Counted from the first letter of the stretch, positions 39,301 through 54,025 are shown. The stretch: 64,000 nt of DNA from Ptychomitrium polyphyllum (GCA_973851085.1 OZ316776.1:4216001-4280000); one strand, 5' to 3'. Notes: generated from the sequence alone by a model not told the origin. Made by a program: numbers and translations.

Positions 39301-42300
39301 TAAATATAATAAAAATTCATTCTTAAATTAATTCAATAAAAAACACATCCATTTAGAATTACAAATCATATTCCAAAATTATGATTCTTCAAATAATTAT
39401 TCTTGAACTTCTAATGGCCTTTTCATCTAAAATCTTTCATTTTCTAAAATTCTCTCTTTATGCATCTTTTAACTTTGAATTCTATTAGAAATACTTCATG
39501 AAATTATTATCAACACGTTTAAAATACGTAATGCAGTAAACTTACTCATGTAAATGTTTGCAAAATTTTAACTAAACCAAATTTGCAATAATCTTGGTTC
39601 AAAAATATCCTTAAAAATACCAAATTTATAAATTTAAATTATACAAATATTCCAATAATAACCAAACAAAAAATGTCTCATTTTAAAAGGAATTTTTAGT
39701 AATTTATAATAAATTTTCAAATTTGTAGTACATTTTTAATAATAGAATTCATAAATTTAACTGCATTTTAGAATTTCTATTCAAAATCTATAAAATAGTC
39801 TTGGAAATAAATTCCAAAGTATTGTTTCAATTATTAAGTTATTAAAATTTATTTCATTACAAATGCACTTTATAATCTTTAAAAACTAATGAACACAAGG
39901 AACAAATTACACTTTACATTTACCATTTTATTTCAAACTACATAAATAATTTAATTTTGTAGTTAAACTATGTTCAAGTCAAATATGAAATTTTAATAAT
40001 AATAATTAAATATATGATTTCTATATATGAACTTTTGATGATTTTTATTCTTTTTAATAAAGAACATTAAATTATCAAGAACAAAGATTTAAAACCTTAT
40101 TCTTTAAAGTTCCAAAATTTATGAAATTTAATGCCTTCATTTTAAAAAGTACTTTCATTAATTTTATCAAAGAATTTTATGAATTTTTTTTTTGAATAAG
40201 AAATTAAGCATTAGACATTTGTTTTTAATAATTGTGAAATGCAAAATAAGAAATTAAACTTTAATGTTATGAATTGTTGAAATAGAAATTTATAGTAAAT
40301 TCTTCTAAAATGAGTACAGGCTCTATGATGTAAATCTAATCTTTATAATATAATTGTGATGCATATTTTCTTTTGTTTATTATCTAATTAGAATAATTTG
40401 CTTTTGAAATAATTATTTTCACATTACAACTTTAAAGTTGTCAAATTATTAAATTTACCTTAAATTATTCATATACTATGAACAACATATTTATTTTAAA
40501 ATTATATACAAATTAGTTTTAGCAATTATTAATAAATTTTATTAAAAACTTCATTTCAATTTATTGCTTTTGAAGTGATATTTTTAAATCTATCAATGAA
40601 CAATGAAAAAGAATAATTGTATGATTTGAATTTTGTTAAAAATAACAATAAACCACAACTTAAATTTATTTTTTGAACTTGTGTTCAATCTATATAAGAA
40701 TATTTAAATTGAATTATATTATGTCTTTATTACACAATATTGATTTTTAAGATGCCTATACATTCTATAATGATTGATTGACCTTTGAAAAAAAATTATA
40801 CATTAAAAATAATGTTTCATTGCACTTGTTTTTTTTCCATTATAATAATTCGAAGTACAACAATTAAGTTAAAGTTCATGAAAAATAATATATCAAATCA
40901 ATTTAAAAATAAAAATATTCTATACAAATCAATCAGCTTTTAAAAAAATAATGAAAATATTTCTTTATATTTAATTTTATATTATAGAAAAAAATAAAAT
41001 ACTTATTTGTTATTAAATTTCAAACATATTTGACATTAAAGAAGTCTTGTTGTAATAAAAAACTTTCTATTAGGCATTAAAACTTACATGATATTGTAAT
41101 CTTAAGTCTTAAAAATAATTTATAATAAGTAAGTTCAAATATGCATTTAAAATGAAACTATATCAAAAGTCTCAAATTATAATAAACATTTAGAAGTAAG
41201 AATTCTTCTACTTGAACCCAATTTCAAACAAGTACGGCCACTATCATACCTGTGATGTAATAGCATATCAGGCAAGTAGATTTAATGTACAAAATATTAT
41301 AAAAATAAAAATAAAGTAAATTCATAAGTGCAAATGAACAAACGCATGAACAAACTTTCCAAGATTATAAAAATTCTTTCGTAGTCTGTTCAAAAATCCA
41401 AAAGGCATACATCTCCAAAGCTCCATTACACTATTTACTTTCTTCTTTTTCATTGCTATTATTTCTAACACATTTCATTCTCATACCCCCACCCACACAA
41501 ACAATGCAGAGTGATACCCAAAAAAATTAAAAAATGAACTGAATTTGCATGTAAGAAACGTATACTCAGAAACCATCACCGCACCTAGAACCAACACCAT
41601 CTACCATTAACATGCATGTGAGCTCCTAAAATTTACGAACACCAAAATTTTACACATTCTCGCTTTAGTTGTAGGATGTCGCTTATGTGTACGCTTCCAG
41701 AGGGCAGTAGTCCTCGTCAGCCACTCTCCACACCAAAGCGTCCATATCTAGAAAGGGCGAAGAGTTCATTAAGCGAAGTGTCCGCGCCTGGTAGAGGATG
41801 GGCTTGGGGAGCGGTGACGGTTTTAGGTGCGGAGCAGCGGGCCTGCGCGCAGAGGGAAGCGTGCGCCAAAGCGGGGGAGGGAATGCAGGGGAAGGTGCGC
41901 GCAGATTATCTGCCGAGAGCTTTTATCGCCTGCAGGAAGCTGTTCGTTGTGTATTGTGCGCTTTTGCTCTGCAACCCCAGCCTAGGGTTTCGGTGTGCGC
42001 AATTGAGCATGACGCGGAATCGCGCTTCCACTTCCTCGCATACTCGGTGCCGCATTCTCTCTAGCGCTAGCGGATTCTCTCGCTGCATCTGGTTCTAGTG
42101 GTAACATTATCTGCCGTGAAGGTTTTCCGTGATGGTTTTGTCTTAGATCGCTTTGGTTCGCTCTAGTCGAGTAACGGAGTTGCGGGGGTTTGTGAGGCTG
42201 GGCTTAGGGTTCTGTCGTCGTGCTGCGCGCTGGAATTTACGTTTCGTGGCGCAATGCCGTGTCGTTGTGGTCTGAGCGCCTTAGATTGCGTTAGGGTTGA

Positions 42301-43653
42301 CAAGCTGGAATGTTTTAGTTTTTCCTTCGGGTGTTGGTGCTTTCGTGAAGGAGCCGCGGGGAGGTGTAGAGGTTAAAGGCTTGTGTAGGGAGTTGCGGTT
42401 TGAGGATTTTGTGTGGATTTCTTTGCCGTCGGAGTCGCCGGGTTGAGTTGGTGGAATTCGCTTTGGTGCACTGCGTATATCGTCTTAATTCTGGTGTTTC
42501 TGACAGTCTCGTGGACGGAGTGTTTACAGATCATGAGAGGTTCTCTGGCTCGAGATGAAGCTGATGAATGTTAGCAGCGAGTTCGTTGTGATACCTGATA
42601 GAGTGTGGGAAGCGATTTTCGAATGCCATCCGAAGAGTTTGGTCGAGTATTCAAGGATCTCAGTATTTTTGGTGTTGGAGGTAGCCGTCCCTTACTTGGC
42701 CATATTCAAATGCTGTTGTTTAAGTAGGGTTTAATGTTCACTTTTCGTGCTCGGGGTTTGTTTGAGGTGAAATTTCGTGTTGGACAAGTACAGTATCAGA
42801 TTGGCAGTCACATGATGCGAGGGGTACAAGATAGTCTTAAAACGATGGATTGTTTGCAACAGTGCAGCATATCTCATGAACCGAAGACAATACGATGAAA
42901 GAAAACGCCGTAAACCGTGTTGTCAGAGAATAGGCTTGTAGAAACCTACGCTCGCGAGCCTGAGTCGGAGTTCGTTCTTTTCAAGTAAGTATGTAGTCTT
43001 GTGCCGAGAGCTGGCTATTAGCATCTTCGACTTGTGAGGTTATGTATAAAGTTTGCCATAGTCATACAGGATTGCTGACAAGTTGCTCTTACATTTTGAC
43101 AACAAGTGCAAATATTTTCTATCTGAGCGACTTCATTTTCCAGTAATTCAAATGACCAGGAAGTCTGAACTTGTTGTGGATCTTTTTGTACTTAAAGACG
43201 ATGTATTGTCTTTCTCGTGCTTAGGTTGAAAGTTTTTTCTCTACTCCCTGCTTGCCAAGTTTCCTTGGCATCAACTTGAGCTTATGGATAATGGCTATTC
43301 GCGAGGTATTTCTCGAGACATAGTCAAACATGCAGTTCTTCTTTCTTCTTTCTTTGAATATTTAATGACCGCATGAAGTGGTAGTAGTGTAGGTGGTAGA
43401 TTTCAATCGTTCGATGTTCGAGGCATTTAGTGCTGATGCTTAATTTACTGAAGCGAAATGACAAATTGCAGGAGAGAGTGATTTTTTGGTATCGAATGGG
43501 GACATTTTTGGAGACAAATTCCAGAACTTTGGAAAGAGCGATAAAACTTGCAAGAAGCGATTGTCGGGTAGCCATCTGTCAGGTGAGACAGAGCGCAGAA
43601 GTAAAAAAATCAAGAACTCTGCATCTGAGGATTCGACAGGGTTTGTAGGGACA

Positions 43654-46600
43654 ATGACGCCGTACTTATCAAAAGAATCTACCAAGAGCAAGAGAGGATG
43701 GGGTCAATTCAAATTCCCTTCTTCTCAGGAAAACTCGAGGAAGAAGAATGGGACTCGAGGAGGTTGTCGCATGGAGGTCCTGCTCTCTGCTCCAAGTGGA
43801 ACTGAGTTTTTGGAGGATGGCACAGCTGCAACGGGTGGATCCGCTGCAAGGAAAAACATTCTTTCGTGGCTGATACAAGCTGGGGCACTAGTGAAAGATC
43901 AGAAGTTGATCTATCTGCACAAGGGCAAAAAAAACTTAGGGCATGGATGGGTGACTACTGAAGGCGTACTTTGTGGATGCTGTAATGATGTCTTCACTCT
44001 ATCTTACTTCGAGGAGCATTGTGGCAGCAGATTGCATCGACCTTGTCAGAACATTTTCGTAGATGGTGGTAAGTCCCTTACAGACCTGCAAATGGAGGTG
44101 TTTCAGAAAGAAAATGACTTCATCGGGTCCAGCATACATTTTAAAACAGGATCAGGAAAAAGGCGGAGATCTGTAAAAGATAAAGGGAAAGCGGAGGGGG
44201 ATGGAAGCGATGATACGTGTGGAGTGTGCGGTGACGGAGGAGTACTTATCTGCTGTGATCATTGTCCATCAACCTATCACCTTGCGTGCATGGAGCTAGA
44301 GGTAAATCTTCATTTGCTTTATACCCTTTTAGATCCTCTATTGATAATTCTGAGGTTCTTGTTCTGAAACCGACGATGTTATTTTCGAGATTACAGTATG
44401 CTTTTTTAAGCGCCATTTGAAGGCTGTAGCAAATGTTTTTCTATATGAGGCAGTTTCTTCAGTTAATTAGTTGATTTTCTGAATGCCATCCTTCAGGAAG
44501 TTCCAAAGGATGATTGGTACTGTCCCAATTGCCGCTGTGCAATATGTGATGGTAGCCAGTTCAACGGAGATCAGAACGTATTTAACGACCTGACTGTCCT
44601 TTTCTGCGATCAATGTGAACGTGAATGTAAGCGCTAGACGAAATTAGTGAGATTGGGCTTGTTATCTGAACTCATGTTACTTCTATTTGTGGCTCAATAG
44701 CAGGGCTCCTATCAAGATGTGCGAAAGTCAACTCAATTAGTGTTTATTGATAGCATAGCGTCTTTGCTATGTTGTTACTGCTAGGTTATTACCGATACTG
44801 TTTTCACTAGAAGACCATTGGATTGAAGAGTTCGTGCCTGCATTTCAAAATAAAAGTATCTTGACATTCTGGAAGTAGGATTTTATGCTCTAGTTATTTT
44901 GTAAGTAGAAATATTTGTTGTCAGTACGTCAGCATAGTATTTATTTCTTTGACTGGATGCTTTGATGGCGCTGCAGTTCATGTGAAGTGTTTGTATGAAA
45001 GAGGCTTTCCAAAAATGGATGAGTGTCCTCAGGGGAGCTGGTTCTGCAGCCAATCATGTACAGAGGTATGCCCTCTATGCTAGGTTTGAAATCATTTACT
45101 CTTCATTCTATCAAGTGGTGGCATGCTAGGTTATTTGATGAATCATGAGACTGTTCTGCATAGCTTCTAACTTCAGTATTGCAGGATTTGGTTTTAATCT
45201 GTCCATAGTAGTCATGTCTGGTCCATTCAAGAAGTCAGCTTGAGTCCGGAATATTCTGCTATATGCCAAGCATGAAGTAAAGATCATGAAGGGACCATTG
45301 TATTTGGATTTTACCCGAAGTTGCAGACTTGAATACATTGAAATCATTGGGATGTGATGTTGAGCAGATTTACTATAGCTTGCGGGGGCTGGTTGGTGTT
45401 ACCAATAGCTTGTTATCAGTAAATAGTGGATTTTCGTGGACATTGCTGAGATCTCAAGCAGAAGATTCGGAACCCAAATCCGAGGGAGACAAAGAGCTAA
45501 TGGCTGAGCATAATATCAAGCTTTGTATGGCTTTAAGCGTAATGCAAGAATGCTTCAAACCTATGATTGACCCACGCACAAATGTTGATCTGGTCGCTCA
45601 TGTCCTGTATAACCGGGGGTAAGATTCTGTTGTTAACAATTTTCTTCTAAGCAAATTGTTCTGGAGCTAGTGACTTCCGAAGCTTTAGACATGTTAGTAT
45701 TGCATTTCTTCAGTTCCTGTGTTTCTGTAATAGAACTATGTGGGTGCTTTTTTAATTTATCACAGCTATAGTAGTCAAGTAAAGGTTTTTCTTTTTTATA
45801 ATGTTGAGTTCTTTTTGTGTGATAATCTGCTCAATGAGTTCCAATTTTGCAGTTGATTTTCTTCAAAGTTGGACGGTACTGAATTCTGAAGGAAATAAGC
45901 TTTTAACCAGATTAAGGGAATGTAGCTTAAATTAAGATTTATTATCAAGCTTACAAGCTGTTATAGTTGTACCTGTAATATATGTTTTAACCTGACTATT
46001 TGTTATGTTCTCTTAAGCAGGTCTGACGTTAGTCGTCTAAATTATCGAGGCTTCTACACTATTATCCTAGAAAAAGAAGACGAGTTGGTGTCAGTAGCAA
46101 CAATCAGGTACTTCACTGTTTTTGCAGTTAGTTTGCCTGGGGTTCTCTAATCCTGCGATGATGTTTGGTCTTAATCGATTAGGGTTTTAGGACTTATTTT
46201 TTGAAATATTTCTTTATATCCTTTATCTTGGTGTACATTTCTTAGTGGAAAGTTCAATTCATATTTGCTGATGAAGAGTACTTAAGATTAACTGCCTGTC
46301 TAGTTCTTTTATGCTGTTTGGATACGTCTTTTCTGAAATAATATTTTATTTTGAAATTGCAGAGTGCATGGCAATGTCTTGGCTGAGATGCCGTTAATCG
46401 GAACCCGATATCAGTATCGCAGACAAGGAATGTGCCGCCGTCTTATGTATGCCATCGAGCAGGTAATGACCGCACAAGTGGGCTTCTCTTGCTTCTTAGT
46501 GTTTATCTTAGCCTATAATCTCTATTTCTTGGCTTAAACTTCATGATTTATCTCCATTCTCTCATTGTCCAATCTAACGTTGGCGTATTTCCTGGTGCAG

Positions 46601-48912
46601 ATGCTGCATAGAATAGGTGTGGAATTACTGGTGCTTCCCGCTGTCCCAGAGTTGATGGACACGTGGCGGGGAGCTTTTGGTTTCCTGCCCCTGAATAGCC
46701 ATCAGAAAAAGGAATTGACCAAGCTGAATCTTATGGCTTTTCCTGGGACTTCTTTATTGCACAAGTTTTTACCAAAATATAAACTAAATTCGTCTTTTGG
46801 AGGTAAAGTAGACCCCAATGTTTATTCTGCATTGCAACAACAGTTTGTAAATTTCTGTACGAATCTCAGAAGTTTTCTGTGCATGAATCAGTTTTGATAG
46901 TATTAGTAATCGACATACTTAGTTATGCAGAATTCTTGCATCGCATTTATCTTCCAAGCATCTTTGATTTGGCCAATGAATCTGAAGATTCAGTGTATTT
47001 TATTGTTGGGTTGTTGCACCATGTAGGTGGTATCGACCAGATACGGAATATTTCAGTTTCACATATGGTTAATGTGCCTATTGGCGGCCCAGAGGTTCCA
47101 TTTCTGAGCGGTCAGGATGTTAATATTTCACCTAGAGGTGGATCGATCCAGAGTTATTTGATGAAGATGAGGGATAATGACTTAGGGCATAACATGCTTG
47201 GATCCGAGTTTTTTACAAGCTCTCCTCCTCCTCGTGAAGTTATTACTAAGAGGGAGTTAATACATAATCAGCACAGTGGTGCTCAACTTGACAGGTACAC
47301 ATTGGAAAATTGCGAGTCTGCTCACATCCTTAGGTTAATATATGTAACGGTATGATGATGTAGTACAGTTAGATTGTTTTAGAATACCATGACTCAGGCG
47401 GGTTTTCAGTTGTTTGATATATTTCATGCCAGTTATGCTACAGATCTTAGCTTTTGAAATAAGGTATAGCGCTCAATAATGGTATGGGCAGACTTCGAGA
47501 CGTAATCAAGAATCTTTCTTCGTGACACAGAATATGTTTTTCCACCTAGGATTTGTCCGTCATATAGTGCACGGTGGTCTTTACTTCAAAAATATTCCTG
47601 GTCATAGATTCTGGGTCTATATTCTTTGTACACAGCCTTTTTAGACACTCTGTACCCTTGTATCTTATTGGTGCGGAAGGCAATTTAATATTAGCTTTAG
47701 GTTGTTGTTTTCTCACTAGTTTGCCTCGCCTTACATCAGTGAGCTCCATTTATGTGCAGTGAGCTGCACGTTTGTCTAGAGCATTCAATTTTTGTCATTT
47801 GATTGTAATAGGAGGTTATTTACATTATGGTTGGTATGGCATCCTTATTCAGCTGGTATGATCTATTGAAAAGAAACAACAGGTATAATTCTGTTATCTG
47901 TCAGTGCCAAGTAGTAATTTGCAGCTTATTTTTGGCATTAATATTGGGGATAATTATCAGTCTTTATCTTATTAGTGCATCGTTACAACTGTACTCAACT
48001 TTGTGAGGTCTTAATTGCAGGTGTCGTGAGAATGGAAATACACCTAGGCAAAAGTTGGAGGAGAACATGTACAGTACGAAAGTTGTTGTTGGGACCACAC
48101 GTTCAAAACGATTGGTGAGGATGATTGTTTCTAGTTATAGATCCTGCCTCTGTGTTTCGTTCTAGTCTGTTTGTCACGTTGCATATAGAGAGGGAGAGTG
48201 AGAGGGAGTGGGAGAGAGAGGGATTGAGGAATACATGTACTTATTATAGATATTATGTGACATTCGACAGGTCAAAACTACTCAATGGGTAGCAGATGCC
48301 ATGAACAAGCTTGCGGGTCGTTCATCCTCCCCGGCAGATGGAGCCAAGGCGTCAGTGGACAGGCACTTGACTCTGGCGACTCAACATACTGCAACTCTGA
48401 GGCTGTTAAATAACAGGACATCAGATTCTCCTAGTGCAGTGAGCTGTATGGAAGATGCAAATGGAGCTGAACCTAAAAAGCTGATTCTTAGAATCAATTT
48501 GAGCAAGTTGAAGGAGAAGAAAGAGAAGAAGAAAAAGAGAAGGGATAAATATCAGAGACTGTCGAGTAAAGAGGACTTGCGGGCAGCAGAAGCACCTTAT
48601 GCGAATATGGACGTCAAACCCATACAGTCGTTTGATTTGACAGCTTATAGAGCTATGTATGGCGGCGTGCCGCCTCTTATTGAGACTCAAGTTCCGATGA
48701 TGTCAGAGGGTGGTCCCGAGTGTTCTCAATTTGTTCCCCAAGTGGACTTCCGGGATTTAGAGCATTCTCCAACAATATGTGGCCCATTGACGAGATTAGA
48801 TGGTCCTGACGCAGAATTTGTTGATATTGTGCCTGCGCTAGATGTAGGATGTCATCTCTTGCCCATTCTCAGGCACAGAACGCGGCTTTTCCAATCCTTT
48901 CCTATTAGATAA
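43654..48912 (+). CDS. PHD-finger / GNAT acetyltransferase, IDM1(ROS4)-like family, about 836 aa; start uncertain (frame open from the acceptor at 43472)
   Basis: LSWLI...GVLCGCC...FEEHCGS domain, [27 protein letters not shown]...WYCPNC, second PHD CDQCEREFHVKC...WFC, and [12 protein letters not shown]...[21 protein letters not shown]...LVLPA. Exons: 43654-44301, 44497-44626, 44977-45065, 45368-45618, 46021-46107, 46363-46462, 46601-46802, 47027-47294, 48021-48114, 48271-48912. Confidence 0.92.
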
Positions 48913-51163
48913 GCTCTGTGCCTTCTACGTCATGGTAACTACCTCAATTCAATGATCAGGGTGCACATAGTGGCATTACACAGGACGAGTAGGAGGTAAC
49001 TCCTTCTAGGGCTCATTCCTTGTTTTGGAAGTGTATGTTTGTTTTCCTGACTTGATACCGTTGGGGTTGTCAATTTTGATGGCTGTAAGATAGTCAGACT
49101 GCTTTACAGTGAGCATGTCCATTGTACAGAGGCCACTCCAATTTTAATTCAGATCCATAGTATGAATTTTCGGTTTTATGGCAATACCGTATGGTATTGA
49201 ATCATTGCGAATCATCACGGTGGTATAGTGTGTTACTTAATGTCATGTAATGCTTTGGTCGTTCTGCTTTACCTGCTGTATAACTTTATTGACGACCAAT
49301 TGTCTTACGCATACAGTACAAGGTTCTAATATTCTGGTATTCGTTCATGTTCACTTGGCCTGGGGGGCTAAACACATTGACTATGTAGCGTGTATACTGT
49401 AGTTATCAGCATTATAACTGTTGTGATATGGATGGGTGGTTGATCTCGTGGATTCTAGGTCATTTCACAATATCATGTTTGCCAAAGAGGAGGTCTGGTC
49501 CTATTTTACTTTTCGTATTCCACGCAGGATTTATTTGAGTTGATGCGAGTCACTCCATTCAAACGTATCCCAAAAGTCGGGATGTGTACACAGTGAGCTT
49601 TTACCCATGCTCTCCAGAATATCAGAAAGAAAGGATTGGAATTCTTGATACTCTGTAAAACTGCAAATGCAAACGTAGTCAATAACTCATGCTTCGAGTT
49701 TCAGAACCAAGATTAGTTTACTTTCGCTCCATTCTCAAACTGCGCACACTAACGACAGGAGCAAGACGCACCCATGTTTTCAATCAATTGCGCAAAGTTT
49801 TCCATTCTATTCGGAATCATGCTCCAGAGGATGAGTTTCAAAGCCCTGGCAATCACATTCAGAGACGCACTGTGCTATATTTTTCAGCTTGCAGCACGCT
49901 TCCGACACTTTCAATCCAACCATAATTCTATCACTTTTGAGGTGGAGCGGATTAGCACTTGGAATCCTATACTAATCACTTCTACCCGAACATAACAGAA
50001 CCATGTCAGAGGGAAACATTCTGTGAAGCTGCAACGCACCTCCATTCCCTAACCGAGACGAAAAGCAAGTCTGAGAAGCGCTGTCGAAGTGCCACCTTAT
50101 CGTGATGCTTCAGAACCCAAAAGAGTGACCTTAGCCGGAGCCCTGTGACCAGAAATGGCCACCGCAGCCACGGTCATTGGCCCCGGCCTGGAATCCATGG
50201 TGCTGCGCCTGCCTTCGTCTTCCTCAAAGTGGTCGCTGCAATCTGAGCTTTTCTCCGGATTCTGATCAGAACCTCGCACTTCTGCTGTCAGGTCAATCCA
50301 CTCACCGTCATCTTCTCGTTTTCTCTCTCTGTGGATGTGCAGGTGAACGTTCCGGACGACAGCCAACATCAGTTCCGTGAAGTTCGAGCCCAAAGGTGGA
50401 AGTTTTCATGGTGGATGGGCCATTTGAGACTTCAAGTTGTGACCTAGTGATATGAAGATTCGGCACAGTCACATGCAAGAGGAGATATTCGGGATTTAGG
50501 AATTGACTATAGTGGCTGTGGAGGTGGGTGGAGCTATGGTTCTGAGCTGCGGGACGTGGGGGATTGGGGGAGCGAAGCTGGTGTGGCTTCGTTGCAACCG
50601 TCGCCATGTTGTTGCGTCTAGGGGCTCCGCCATGAGGTGTGGTCTTTGTGTTGTGGCGCGAGGAGGATCTCTCAGGGGGCGTGGAGCGGTGGCTTTGGTC
50701 GCTGAGAGGATTTGTGGATCGTCTGCAGTGGCTTCTGTAGATGTTTTCGGACGGGAGTATGATAGGGCACGGCTTAGCGGGTTCTGGTATAGTGTGCGTC
50801 GGGTTTCGAGAAATTTGGTTGCATTGAATGGTAAGTTGCTCTATCTTTGGGGTGGGATTTGAAGCTGGAGTTTGATGTATGGATCAAGGTCACGCCCTGG
50901 TGGCGACTCTTGGTTTTCCCGGTACGTCTGTTGATATGGGACGATGCAGCCTCGTGTCAATATGATCACGGAACTTGCAATTATTCGATAGAATTTGAAC
51001 CTTTTGTGGGTAATGTTGTGGGTGACTGGGAGTTCATTGACTCAGAATTCTAATGCAATTCTGTTCTTTCTAAGTGAATGGTAGCTAGTACTGGTGCACT
51101 GATTGTGCCGAGCTGAAAACCTTATCGTTTTCCTCTTTTACGGCAGATTCTAAAATTGGCGCA

Positions 51164-54025
51164 ATGGAAAGGAAAAGAATTGCAATTGAGGTGAATGAGT
51201 GTGTTCTAGAGCCGACGGGATTAGATGACGAAGGAAACAGTTCTCGGCACCCCCGAAAAGAACGTGACCCCGATGTTGAAGGTATTACAGGTCACGTGGT
51301 ACTGAATATACAAGAGGAAGTGGAGAATGGACTTCATGGATTTGACGGTGTAGATTCACCGAATGACTTGAACGGAGCTGTTGAAGCAGAAGCTCAAGCT
51401 ACCGACGAGCATTTTCTAAGTAGAGAGCACATCTTAAATAGCCAAGCTGTCCTTTCCAACAGATCGGTTAGTCGAAGTAAAATAGAAACAGAGGACGATA
51501 GCGAGCCTTTGACAGTCTGGCCCCAAGTGTCGGGTGAACCAGAGCGTTGGTGGCGAATTCCAGATTTCATACACCAAGTGCTTACCCTTCCCAAGAACTT
51601 CGATCTGCAACTTGAGGTCAGTTCAGTTTTTTGACCTTCAGCTTCTCATGCTGATTGTATTCAATTAGGGCAAGTAAGAGGGTTCTGAAAAATTGGGTAG
51701 CAAACTCTGACACTCTTGCAGTCCCAGAGAGGAAATTGAAGGAAGAACTTGCGCCTTTTTAATGTGTATTTAGGTGGTTGTAGTGGGAAGCGGTTTGGAT
51801 CAAGGAAGTCATTATTGCGAAGGTCATGTGCGTTTTGCATGCACAAGTTGATCTAGTGATGATGGTTTTTACAGATATTATATGACAAGCTTGGCTGTCG
51901 CATCCATTCACGCGAGCTACTCTTACGGATTCTGGTCCCCATCTATACTTGTCCAATTAAGTTGTGATTTGAATTCAAGTTTTGATATCTTCTTCCCTTT
52001 GCTCGTACAAATGGGGTCCTGATGATCTGCCTTGAATTCGTCTTTAGCATGGGGCAGGTTCATAAGAGCTACTATTTGTCAAAGATGCCGCAATCTATAA
52101 AGGAGAGAAAGCTGCGAAAGCCTCTCATGTCGTGGCAAAGGTTAGAGACCATTGGCGACGACGACTTGATGACTTTTGCTGATGCACACGGAGAGGTTAA
52201 CTATTTACTCCTTCATGGGGTCGTTCTTCCGGTTTTTTGTATGACAAGGAACAAATAATAAGAGATCAGGTCTTGGAATTCTTTGATGGAACACACAAAA
52301 TAAGTCCTTGTCAAGCATGTACACATTTGGAGCTGTTTGTGGTGCTGTCATGACGGCACTATGTAGGGTTTTCACGTAAGTGTGCTATCAGCTTGATGTA
52401 TCCATTTTATAGTGGCTTGTGAATTTTTCTGCCCCTGAGTCTTATCAAGCTACTGCTTCTTTCAAACGACAGGCTCGATTACAGTTGGCTCTGTTAGGGG
52501 ACACAGTCTTAAATCTCGCTGCTTCACTCTACCTTATTCGCCAGCATCCTCTGCTGTCAACCGTAAGCTACTGCCTTCTTTAAAAAAATTGGTTTTTAGG
52601 CCTAATTTGCACTTGGACTTTGCACCTGTTAATTTATCAATCTTTTTTTTTTCTCTCATCATCTCATTTTCTGTTTTCATTCTATTTTGTGCGTGTAATC
52701 TAAACGTCGTATGTTTTGAATGTATATTAAAACGCAGTTAAAAGTGGAGGTCTAGAGAGGAACTTGACTTTTTGATGTATGATGCAGGGGCTAATAACGG
52801 AACGAAGATCCCAAATGGTATTGATGCACCTCTCTGGAGCCATCGTCGTATTGACTTGATAGGAATGTTACTGCTGTTGGGCGAATTTATGGAGATGGTT
52901 GGACTAATTTAGAATGGCATATGCTTTGCAAACAATGAAGAGTCAAATAGAATTTCTAGTCTAATCTGTAATAGACAGTCATTGAGTTTGGAAAAGCGGA
53001 AATTCTGGGACTTCTTTTATTATGAAAATGTAACATCGGTGCTAGGAGAATTGATGAGTATGTATAGTAGATGTATGAACGTATAGTTGCCATGTACTGG
53101 GTCTTGCAGGTATGCAATAGCAATCTGGCTCGCGCTTGGTCGACGCTACTGGATCTGCGTGAGCTTGTGTTATGTGATCCTCCGCTTTCCCAATCTAAAA
53201 AGCCTTCAGCAACAACCGTCCTGGAATTGCAGGTTGGTTCTAATAGGCTGAAACTGCGCACAGAAACTGGGTTGACATTGCTTGGCCTTCGATTGGCGTT
53301 GATGGTTGGTAACGGAAGCACTCATTTTGTATGCTTATCATTGCAGATGAAAGCTTGTGCAGACACACTCGAAGCTTATATTGGTGGTCTTTACGTAGAA
53401 AAGGTACTTATCACTTGAAGACTAGATTTGAGAAACTATGTGTACTGTCTTATGTTTGTGTATGTGATTCATGCAAGACTTGTGCTCATATCCCTGTTTG
53501 GCAGGGACTAGAAAGTTCATTGCAGTGTGTTGAGACCCGTTTGTTACCCCTCTTACTCCTTGCTGAACCAATAAGGAATCCAGTGGCCTTGCTACACGAG
53601 CGATGTGTGATAGTACTGCAGGAGAAACCAGATTATAAGTGAGTGGTACCAGGACCTTCTTTTCCTGCCATGTATTTTACTAGACCTATTGGTATCAGAA
53701 GTTCCATTCTTCACGTTCATGAACACACGTTCATAAACAGATTTAAGAGTTCTAGGTTAAGCCAATGAATATGTATGTATGATCTTGTTTTTATGTCCCT
53801 GAAAATTGAGCACTTCATCTCGTGTTCAACTCTGACTCATGAATTGTATGCAGGGTAATAGGAATCGACAATAAGAATACGCCAAACGAAATGTGCAGGA
53901 TTAGGGTTTATGTTAAGGGCTTTCGCATGTCAACTGGAGTAGGGAAATCACAGAAACTAGCCAGACGGGATGCAGCAGAGAAAGCGCTCCTCAAGTGGCC
54001 TGAGATTTTTGGGTCAATGTCGTAG
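51164..54025 (+). CDS. RNase III-like protein (single RNase III domain plus C-terminal dsRBD), about 398 aa
   Basis: VHKSY, LALLGDTVLNLAASLYL, RSQMVCNSNLA, ADTLEAYIGGLYVEKG, and dsRBD NPVALLHE...GVGKSQKLARRDAAEKAL. Exons: 51164-51616, 52058-52195, 52473-52562, 52788-52817, 53110-53232, 53347-53403, 53505-53638, 53854-54025. Confidence 0.9.

Noticed and set aside
50097..50862. GC-rich short ORFs on both strands upstream of the RNase III-like gene
   Set aside because: No recognisable motif or consistent exon chain; compatible with promoter or 5' leader sequence.
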